DNA of 64,000 nucleotides from Dehalococcoidia bacterium (GTDB taxonomy: Bacteria > Chloroflexota > Dehalococcoidia > GIF9 > AB-539-J10), in NCBI GenBank assembly GCA_030612025.1, contig JAUWOR010000004.1, positions 32,001-96,000 of the forward strand. Direction: 5' to 3'. The notes below the pieces were generated by a model that did not search any database, was not told where the DNA came from, and saw only the letters and a program-made list of their open reading frames with translations. Position 1 is the first letter of the stretch. Every line of letters begins with the position of its first letter. Positions 1 through 7,245 of this stretch are shown one piece after another. Both the position numbers and the translations under genes were made by a program.

Positions 1-1
1 G

Positions 2-169
2 ATTCTTGGGGACGCTAAGGATAAGGAGAAAATGCGGAGATTTCTTGCTTTGCCTCAGGTCAGAGAGTCAATTGGTGAGTCTCTGCGCACCCAAAAGACG
101 ATGGATCGGCTGATGCAGATAGTTAGTAGAAACCAAGAGGAGACAAAGGAGCATTCAGCATTAAGCTGA
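2..169 (+). CDS. tig: Trigger factor, C-terminal part (5' end outside window)
   Basis: Open frame ILGDAKDKEKMRRFLALPQVRESIGESLRTQKTMDRLMQIVS..., directly upstream of clpP (usual tig-clpP order). Confidence 0.75.
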   Translation: MLGDAKDKEKMRRFLALPQVRESIGESLRTQKTMDRLMQIVSRNQEETKEHSALS

Positions 170-207
170 AAACTGATGGCTGAGGGCTGAAATTAATAAA
201 CAATAAA

Positions 208-443
208 GAGGTTGTTTAGAAATGTAGTGCGAGGCTTTAGCCCTGTGTAGTAGCGAAGATTACTACACGGGGTAGCCTCGTGCACGACCCTAAAGGGTCG
301 CACTACGAAAATTAGAATGAGGAATGTAGTTGTCCAATTTATTGGGCGACTGTGCCTGATAAATCAGGCAACTACAAAAATTTGGGGGTGAACCACCTCC
401 GAGATGGCTGAAATTGAACGGGGAAGCAAAATTAGACAGCCTC
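208..443 (+). mobile_element. Composite MITE-like element with GAGGCTGTTT/AAACAGCCTC-type ends, carrying two GTAG palindrome pairs
   Basis: Ends gaggttgtttagaaat ... aaaattagacagcctc; six related copies in the window. Confidence 0.75.
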
Positions 444-463
444 GTAAAGTAAAGGAGGAGCCA

Positions 464-1072
464 ATGGACACAGTATCTCAGGTAATAATTCCCACAGTGA
501 CTGAGACGGGTGCTCGAGGTGAGCGTGCTTCTTTTGACATATATTCCCTTTTGCTGCGGGAAAGGATTGTTTTCCTGGGCACACCGATCAATGACCAGAT
601 AGCCAATCTCATTATCGCCCAGCTCCTCTATTTAGAAAGGGAAGACCCGGAAAAGGATATCAGCCTTTATATTCATTGCCCCGGCGGGATAATCAGCGCT
701 GGCCTGGCTATCTACGATACCATGCAGCTTCTGCGCTGCCCGGTGTCCACCATCTGCGTTGGCCTAGCGGCCAGCATGGGCACCTTGCTTCTTTGTGCTG
801 GCACCAAAGGCAAGAGGTATTCTTTGCCTAACTCCACCATACATCTTCACCAGGCGGTTGGTGGTGCTCAAGGACAGGCAGCCGATGTTGAGATCGCTGC
901 TCGGGAAATTATGCGCATGCAGGAAAGAATCCGCAATATTCTGGCTAAACATACCGGTCAGACGATGGAGAAAATTGCTCACGATACCGATAGAGACTTT
1001 TACCTTGACTCCCAGCAAGCGGTGGAATATGGCATTGTAGACGAGATACTCAGTAAGCCAGAGAAGAAGTGA
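464..1072 (+). CDS. clpP: ATP-dependent Clp protease proteolytic subunit
   Basis: [21 protein letters not shown] and HQ motifs; start moved to ATG 464 behind AAGGAGG (the longer ORF starts inside the repeat). Confidence 0.97.
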   Translation: MDTVSQVIIPTVTETGARGERASFDIYSLLLRERIVFLGTPINDQIANLIIAQLLYLEREDPEKDISLYIHCPGGIISAGLAIYDTMQLLRCPVSTICVGLAASMGTLLLCAGTKGKRYSLPNSTIHLHQAVGGAQGQAADVEIAAREIMRMQERIRNILAKHTGQTMEKIAHDTDRDFYLDSQQAVEYGIVDEILSKPEKK

Positions 1073-1078
1073 AGTTCT

Positions 1079-1445
1079 TGTCATTGCGGGCCGAATTTCC
1101 TCTCCCCCTCCCTCTAACTCCCTCCCACCAAGGGAGGGAGGATCACCTCCGTAGTGTCGGGGTTTATCCCCGCCTCAGTGGTTGAGGACGGAGCGGCGTT
1201 TGCAAATAAGCGTAGCGCAAGGCTTCAGCCCTATGTAGTAGCGAAGATTACTACACGGGGTAGCCTCGCGCCAGGCAGCGGGGAATGCACGACCTTAAAA
1301 GGGCGCACTACGAAAACCAAGCGCCTCCTGTCATTGCGAGGCGAAGGCGTGGCAATCTCGCCTCAAATGTCATTCTGAGCGTGTGAGCCGAAGCCCTGAA
1401 CGAAGGGAAGGGGAAGAATCTCAAGGTGGGAGAGCGAAACAATCA
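1079..1445. repeat. Cluster of mixed palindromic repeats (GTCATTGCGAG/GTCATTCTGAG type, GTAG type, CCCTCTCCC hairpin type)
   Basis: tgtcattgcgaggcgaaggcgtggcaatctc, gtagtgtcggggtttatccccgcc, gtagcgcaaggcttcagcc...gcactac, all recurring elsewhere. Confidence 0.85.
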
Positions 1446-1499
1446 CAGCCCTGTACGCAGCCTTTGCTATAGGTTGAATTGGGGGTATAATTAGGCAAA

Positions 1500-1667
1500 A
1501 TGCTTATCTTGCCAAGCTTGCTGAAAGCAGCTTCCATAGCTTACTTGGCCAGCCCTCAGAGGTTCTGGGGCTTGGGCAAAGTAGGCTTAATCACCACTAT
1601 TGTTGTTTCTGTCATCCTTATTGTGACCTTCGTATGGATATTCCACGGCACTAAGAAGCGAGACTGA
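1500..1667 (+). CDS. Putative 55-aa single-pass membrane protein
   Basis: MLILPSLL...GLITTIVVSVILIVTFVWIFHGTKKRD; TATAAT about 8 nt upstream of the ATG (possibly leaderless). Confidence 0.45.
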   Translation: MLILPSLLKAASIAYLASPQRFWGLGKVGLITTIVVSVILIVTFVWIFHGTKKRD

Positions 1668-1892
1668 CTCCTTCGCTTCCTGCCATTGCGAGCCGAAGGC
1701 GTGGCAATCCGGCGGGATTTATCCCGGCCTTAGTGATTGGGCACAAGCCCCAACCAAAAAGGTACCCCGCGTCCACCCTATCCCTTTATCTGGTGAGGTA
1801 GAGGCGGGGATAAACCACGCCACTACGAAGTGAGATTGCTATGCTTTTGGCTTTCACCCTCACCTTAATTCTCTCCCTTGACGAGAGAGGAA
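1668..1892. repeat. Second mixed palindromic repeat cluster
   Basis: ccattgcgagccgaaggcgtggcaatcc, ggcgggataaaccacgccactac, ccctcaccttaattctctccc...gagagagg. Confidence 0.8.
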
Positions 1893-1922
1893 GTTTGGCT
1901 GGCTTGGTGAGTTGACATAATA

Positions 1923-2912
1923 TTAACCCAGTTTGGCAGCTTCTGCTCTGACGAGGCGCCGAATTCTCTTATGGATTTCCAGAGGCTGAGCTATGTCTTT
2001 CCTTTCAGCCAGCCAGTAGAAATGCTCCCGGTTACCCTTTCCACCGACGCTTTCCTTTTCCTTAACCATTAGCTCGACTGCCTGCCGTTTGCCTCTCTCC
2101 CAGGCTTCCAGAACTATCCCTAAATCATCCAGGTTTGTGGATGCCAGGCCCATGGTGGAGTAGGGTAGGGCATATTCATTGGCATTGAAGGCAATGGCTA
2201 ACCCGCCGACTTTATTCACAGTTTGAAGCATTTTGAAGTCGGTGATGCTATCTCCCACCGCTATCCAATGGGAGAGAGGTTTTCCTAGCCTGGCGGCGAA
2301 ATGCTCCAGTGCCTCTATCTTGCGTTTCCCACCTACGGGCTTAACTTTATTTATAATTCTCCCTGAACTTGTCCTGAGCAGCTCTTGCCAGTAAAAGCGG
2401 TCCAGTGTTTGTTTTATCCTGGCATCGTCTACCTCTGGGGTGAGGGTGATAAATTCCCATTCGGCTCGCTCCAGCAGGGTGAAATCATCCTGGTTTTGTA
2501 GCTGGCAAATCTGATCCAGGGGGAAGGAAGTGCAAGCTACATTTTGATCTGGGATTCCCAGCCTTTGTGTGATGGCAAAAGCATATTGCTCATAGCTGGT
2601 GCTGATGCAAAATATTTGCCATCCTTGAGATTTGAGCCTGGAGATTAAATCAGAGGCGCCGGGGGTCAATTTAGCTTCTTGCCCCATAGTGGTGATTTGT
2701 TTTTCCCTTATTCCATGGCGGGCAAGGAAAGGAGCGATGAGGGCCAGAGTATCTCCGGGCTCATAATCCTGCCTGCCTTCCAGGGTTAACAAATCATCGT
2801 ACCGGCTGATGACTTCAAAAATCCTACTACCGTGGGGCAACAGCTTCATCAACTCATAGGCATTATCTTGAGGAGCCAGAGGACCTTCAAGGTCAAAGCA
2901 GATTAGATTCAT
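1923..2912 (-). CDS. HAD-superfamily hydrolase, EhaR/COG4030-like
   Basis: FDLEGPL motif I and VGDSITD motif IV; start at MNLICF behind GGGAGGG. Confidence 0.75.
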   Translation of the reverse strand: MNLICFDLEGPLAPQDNAYELMKLLPHGSRIFEVISRYDDLLTLEGRQDYEPGDTLALIAPFLARHGIREKQITTMGQEAKLTPGASDLISRLKSQGWQIFCISTSYEQYAFAITQRLGIPDQNVACTSFPLDQICQLQNQDDFTLLERAEWEFITLTPEVDDARIKQTLDRFYWQELLRTSSGRIINKVKPVGGKRKIEALEHFAARLGKPLSHWIAVGDSITDFKMLQTVNKVGGLAIAFNANEYALPYSTMGLASTNLDDLGIVLEAWERGKRQAVELMVKEKESVGGKGNREHFYWLAERKDIAQPLEIHKRIRRLVRAEAAKLG

Positions 2913-2948
2913 CTCAATATTCCCTCCCATCCTTTTGTTCCGTAATCG

Positions 2949-3098
2949 GGATTGCTTCGGCACTCTGTGCCTCGCAATGACAAGAAGAAAGTATGGCGCG
3001 TAATGATATTTTGAGTAGCCATCAGCTATCAGCGCTTCGTAGTGCGAGGCTTTAGCCTCGTGCCGCACATAACTGCACGACCCTGAAGGGTCGCACTA
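2949..3098. repeat. GTCATTGCGAG-type, heptamer and GTAG-type repeats
   Basis: ggattgcttcggcactctgtgcctcgcaatgaca; gccatcagctatcagc; gtagtgcgaggctttagcctcg...gggtcgcactat. Confidence 0.85.
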
Positions 3099-3105
3099 TA
3101 TCTAT

Positions 3106-3993
3106 TTAAGTCGCTATCAGTTTATCTATTTTACTACTAAGGTCATAGCCATCAATTGACCTTTCCTGAGCATCAACGACTTTACCCTCTTTGATGCTGA
3201 TATTCCCCTGGCTTAGGACTTTAAGGGTGGAGATAATGAGGGGAAACTCCTGGGCAAGCTCATGTTGGCGAATAAGCTGGAATAGCATATTTCGGTCGTC
3301 CTTTTGCCAATATTGGTCGAAGGGCTTGCCTTTGATGGGAAAAAAGCAGTAGCTGACTACAGGTCCTCTATCCAATTCGGGGGTCACCAGGTGCATCATT
3401 GCCCCAGCTTCCTCAGCTTTGTCTTCTATCAACTTCCATATTACCTCTTGCCAGCTACCCACAGGTCCACCAGGGGGTGCGGGGTGAAGGTTAACCATGT
3501 TGTATTTCTGGCATAGCTCTTCTCCTATGATGAGCATGTAGCCAGCGAGGACACAGAGGTCGGGGGCGAATTGTTCAATTCTCTTATTTACCTCTCTATC
3601 ATATTCAAGACGCCATCTCTCCTGAGATGGCTTGGCTATGGCCGCAATAACATTACTGTCGTTCTGATTCCTACCCTTATTGTCATTCTGAGGGAGAGAA
3701 GCGACTGAAGAATCTCCTCTTCGCTTCACTGGGAGCTTCGGCTGCTCAGGACAGGCTCCGCGAAGCAATCTTAACTTGAATTTCCTGTGGGAGAAACAGA
3801 TGAGGGGGATGCCATAGCTGTGAACTAACTCGAAGAAGGAGTCGCTTTCCCCTGATTCGCCAGGCTCTCGATTGCTAAAAACGAAGCTAATTTTCCCTGT
3901 TATATCGCTGGTGGCGATACTTTCTTGTACCGCTTGCAAAAGCTGCCGTGCTGCTTCATCCCTGCCGGTGGAGAACCAACCAATGTTTAGCAA
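3106..3993 (-). CDS. PurN-like formyltransferase with an in-frame repeat insertion
   Basis: LAGYM, NLHPA and LDRGP formyltransferase motifs. Confidence 0.85.
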   Translation of the reverse strand: MLNIGWFSTGRDEAARQLLQAVQESIATSDITGKISFVFSNREPGESGESDSFFELVHSYGIPLICFSHRKFKLRLLRGACPEQPKLPVKRRGDSSVASLPQNDNKGRNQNDSNVIAAIAKPSQERWRLEYDREVNKRIEQFAPDLCVLAGYMLIIGEELCQKYNMVNLHPAPPGGPVGSWQEVIWKLIEDKAEEAGAMMHLVTPELDRGPVVSYCFFPIKGKPFDQYWQKDDRNMLFQLIRQHELAQEFPLIISTLKVLSQGNISIKEGKVVDAQERSIDGYDLSSKIDKLIAT

Positions 3994-4046
3994 GACTTAG
4001 CTTTACTCCTTTCGCAGTGCGACCCTTTAGGGTCGCGCATACGTTT

Positions 4047-4712
4047 TTAAACACCTCGAAAACACTTATTTACCTTCACCCAGATGCTAGCGAAGTGAAC
4101 TAAAGGGTTAGACCTGTGCCCGAATATCTTCCCTCGGGATAAACTGCCCAGGAAATCGCTTGGGCTGTTGAATTCAGGCATTTCCACGTAAGCCCGGCCA
4201 ATTTCGCCTAAGGTATGAGCATCACTTCCAGCGCTAGCAGGCAGCTTATATTTTAGAGCCAATCGCCAAGCTTTGCTAGAGTTGTTAGGGAAAAAGTCGC
4301 GTGAATTAAGAACTTCAATAATATCAACCTGGGATACAATTTCTGGTGATAGGAGATTGCTTCGCTTGCTCGTAGCTAACAAAGAAGGTGAACGGCCATA
4401 CGGATGGGGAATGCCGACCAACCCACCTTGACTTTTTATTCGGGTTATTGTTTCCTCGGGAGATAATCCCTTGGGGACTTCTTCGATGAGAAATAAACCT
4501 ATCAATTCACCCATGGAGGTCATAATTTCCTCAGCGATGATTACCTTAAAGGGAGCTATTCCCTTTAGCTTCAAAGCTCCAGAGATGGTGTTATGGTCAG
4601 TCACAGCAAGGCAGTTTATGCCTATCTTAAGACACTGGTTCACCATCCCTTCTAAAGGGGTATTGCAGTCCATGGAGTAGCAGGTATGAACGTGTAAATC
4701 AGCTTTTATCAA
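4047..4712 (-). CDS. PHP-domain metal-dependent phosphoesterase
   Basis: DLHVHT, TDHN and GSDAH motifs. Confidence 0.9.
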   Translation of the reverse strand: MIKADLHVHTCYSMDCNTPLEGMVNQCLKIGINCLAVTDHNTISGALKLKGIAPFKVIIAEEIMTSMGELIGLFLIEEVPKGLSPEETITRIKSQGGLVGIPHPYGRSPSLLATSKRSNLLSPEIVSQVDIIEVLNSRDFFPNNSSKAWRLALKYKLPASAGSDAHTLGEIGRAYVEMPEFNSPSDFLGSLSRGKIFGHRSNPLVHFASIWVKVNKCFRGV

Positions 4713-5269
4713 CTTGCCCTTTCTAGATATTCCCCACTGCGGGTATCAACTTTGATGATGTCCCCCATGCTAATAAACAGAGGAACCTGAATGGTAATGC
4801 CGGTTTCCACCCTGGCTGGCTTACTTCCCCCAGTAGCCGTATCTCCTTTAAAGCCGGGCTCCGTCTCAGTAACTTGAAGCTCTACAGTAATAGGCAACTC
4901 TATGTTTACCGCTTCACCCTTACAGGTCAGAATTTCCAGATTTAGCCCTTCTTTGAGGTAGTTTATGCCCTCTCCTATTTGAACTGCGGCCAATGTTATT
5001 TGCTCGTAGCTCTCATTATCCATAAAGTAGTAAAGGTCACCATCGTTATAAAGATATTGGACTGAGTGGTGCTCCAGAAAAGCTGGGGCAAATTTGTCGC
5101 TGGCCTGAAAGGAGCGTTCAATGACATTGCTGCTGCGGATATTGCGAAGCCGTAATCGAATCTGGGCTGAGCCTCGCCCTATCTTAATATGATGATATTC
5201 AGTAATCTGATATATTTCTCCATCTAGCTCTATGGCGATTCCCTTCTTCAATTCCCCAGCACTGATCAT
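4709..5269 (-). CDS. efp: Elongation factor P
   Basis: KIGRGSA and PGFKGDT motifs, ETG..IQVPLFI. Confidence 0.97.
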   Translation of the reverse strand: MISAGELKKGIAIELDGEIYQITEYHHIKIGRGSAQIRLRLRNIRSSNVIERSFQASDKFAPAFLEHHSVQYLYNDGDLYYFMDNESYEQITLAAVQIGEGINYLKEGLNLEILTCKGEAVNIELPITVELQVTETEPGFKGDTATGGSKPARVETGITIQVPLFISMGDIIKVDTRSGEYLERAS

Positions 5270-5303
5270 ATAATGGCCTCCATCCTTTGTAAGCTGTCAG
5301 CGT

Positions 5304-5453
5304 TCAGTAGTCAGCTATCAGTTTCTGTATGAATCCTGTAAGCATGCGTTTTACTTCCACTGCTTGATTATTCAATCCCTCATAAGTTTTTATGTCTAGG
5401 TATCCCAAATCTCGGGACTTTTGCCACACTTTTAAGCTTCTGAAATCTTTCAT
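5304..5453 (-). pseudogene. Internally deleted four-helix-bundle (23S rRNA IVP/TIGR02436-like) gene, 49 aa
   Basis: Reads MKDFRSLKVWQKS|RDLGYLDIKTYEGLNNQAVEVKRMLTGFIQKL (family N-terminus joined to C-terminus); flanked by TCAGCTA-type heptamer arrays. Confidence 0.7.
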
Positions 5454-5510
5454 TGTTAAATATTCAGCGGTCAGCCCTCAGTGTTCAGTGAGTTGCTGAC
5501 TGCTGAAAGC

Positions 5511-6605
5511 TCATAGCTGAAAGCTATCCTTTCCTGACCTGGTGAGCACTTTAGCTCTGCCTTTTTCTAGAGTTACCATATCCTCAATTCTAACACCACC
5601 ATATCCAGTGAGGTAAATTCCAGGTTCTATGGTAAAAACCATGCTATCGCCAAGCAAGTCTGATGAAGCGGTAGAGAGTGTAGGGAGCTCATGTATTGTC
5701 AGCCCGACACCATGACCCAGACCATGTCCGAAATTATCGCCATAGCCAGCTTGCTCAATAACACTCCGAGCCAACTTATCAGCCTCACTTGCAGTCATGC
5801 CTGATTCGATCCTGTCTATAGCTACGAGCTGTGCTTCCAAGACGATGTTATAAATAGCTGATAGCTGATAGCTGACAGCTTTCAGCTTTTTGCCCCAGCA
5901 TAAAGTGCGGCTAAAATCGCTGCAATAGCCACCAATGCGGGCTCCCATGTCAATTAGCACCGGTTCACCAGGGTGAATTACTCTTTCTGTGGGCTTAGCG
6001 TGAGGTAAAGCTGAATTGGGGCCTGAGGCTACTATAATTTCAAAAGGCACTCCCTCACTTCCATTCCGGCGAAGGAATTTCTCAATTTCCCAGGCTGCTT
6101 CCCTTTCTGTTACACCTGGGCGAATTATGGATTTAACCTGTTCGAAAGTAGCATCAGTTAGCTCCACGGCCTTTATGATAAGCTCTAATTCCTCTGGCTC
6201 CTTTACGGAGCGGAGATGCTCCACCAAGTTAGTGGTGGGAACAAGCTCTAAGTTTAACTGTTTGGCTTTTATCGTTTCAGCGAGCTGGTGATGAGCAGCA
6301 AAGGAAAGGTACTCCGCCTCAAAACCTAATTTATGCCACCCTAAATTGGATATCAGGTCGAGAAGCCAGTTATGTGGCTCTCCTTTAATTTGGATGATTT
6401 CGAAATCTTGGGTCTCTTTCTTAGCTTGCTCCGTATAACGAAAGTCGGTGGCTAAAAGGGCCTGGTTACCTGAGATGAGCAGCCACCCTGAGGAGCCGGT
6501 AAATCCAGAAAGGTAGCGATAATTTTCCGGCTGAGAAACTAAAAGGCCATCCAAGCCCTTTTCGGCAATTGGAGATCGCAGCTTCTGCAATCGGCTTACG
6601 GCCAA
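5511..6605 (-). CDS. pepP: Xaa-Pro aminopeptidase (M24)
   Basis: HGLGHGVGL, HELP, EPGIY and GVRIED motifs; likely TTG start at 6605; usual aroQ-pepP-efp order. Confidence 0.92.
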   Translation of the reverse strand: MAVSRLQKLRSPIAEKGLDGLLVSQPENYRYLSGFTGSSGWLLISGNQALLATDFRYTEQAKKETQDFEIIQIKGEPHNWLLDLISNLGWHKLGFEAEYLSFAAHHQLAETIKAKQLNLELVPTTNLVEHLRSVKEPEELELIIKAVELTDATFEQVKSIIRPGVTEREAAWEIEKFLRRNGSEGVPFEIIVASGPNSALPHAKPTERVIHPGEPVLIDMGARIGGYCSDFSRTLCWGKKLKAVSYQLSAIYNIVLEAQLVAIDRIESGMTASEADKLARSVIEQAGYGDNFGHGLGHGVGLTIHELPTLSTASSDLLGDSMVFTIEPGIYLTGYGGVRIEDMVTLEKGRAKVLTRSGKDSFQL

Positions 6606-7042
6606 CTTTCTCCCCTCAGTTGGGCTACTAAAGCTCGCAAGGCAGCGATATACCCTCTCCAGCCTAAGCCACTGATTTGCCCTTTGGCTATGGGAGCTAT
6701 TACAGACTGAGCTCGCCATTCCTCTCGGGCATAAATATTGGATAAATGAACTTCAATGAGTGGCAGCTTAGTATCAGCCAAGGCATCACGAAGGGAAAAG
6801 CCATAGTGAGTGAGAGCCCCGGGGTTGATGATTATGCCACTTGCTGAATCCGTTTGCTCCTGAATGAAGTCTATAAGTGCACCTTCGCTATTAGATTGGA
6901 AGGTTACCACCTCTATATTTAATGCCTCACCCTGCTCCTTTATCAGAGAATCGATCTCGGCTAAAGTCTTGCCTCCGTAGATTTCTTTGTCTCGCTTACC
7001 GAGCATATTTAAGTTTGGTCCGTTAATGACTAGAATTTTCAT
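6596..7042 (-). CDS. aroQ: Type II 3-dehydroquinate dehydratase
   Basis: INGPNLNMLGKR and EVHLSN motifs. Confidence 0.97.
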   Translation of the reverse strand: MKILVINGPNLNMLGKRDKEIYGGKTLAEIDSLIKEQGEALNIEVVTFQSNSEGALIDFIQEQTDSASGIIINPGALTHYGFSLRDALADTKLPLIEVHLSNIYAREEWRAQSVIAPIAKGQISGLGWRGYIAALRALVAQLRGESWP

Positions 7043-7068
7043 AAGGCTACCTCCTCCTTGAGATTGTT

Positions 7069-7245
7069 AGACTGTTTAATTTTGCCTCAGCTTTAAAACT
7101 AGATTTTCCTCATCCGGTTTTAATAATCTTCACCCCCAAGATTCTTGTAGTGCGACCCTTTAGGGTCGTGCACGAGGCTACCCCGTGTAGTACTCTTCGC
7201 TACTACACAGGGCTAAAGCCTCGCACTACATTTTTAAATGGCCTC
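7069..7245 (-). mobile_element. Composite MITE copy with a nested 32-bp hairpin; overlaps the topA stop
   Basis: agactgtttaatttt ... atttttaaatggcctc. Confidence 0.75.

Noticed and set aside
1154-1378. 74-aa ORF, and the 136-aa ORF at 10479-10889
   Set aside because: Made largely of palindromic repeat sequence, with no RBS or protein-like features
5304-5453. Diversity-generating retroelement (Avd-like four-helix bundle)
   Set aside because: No reverse transcriptase and no TR/VR pair with adenine-specific mismatches seen
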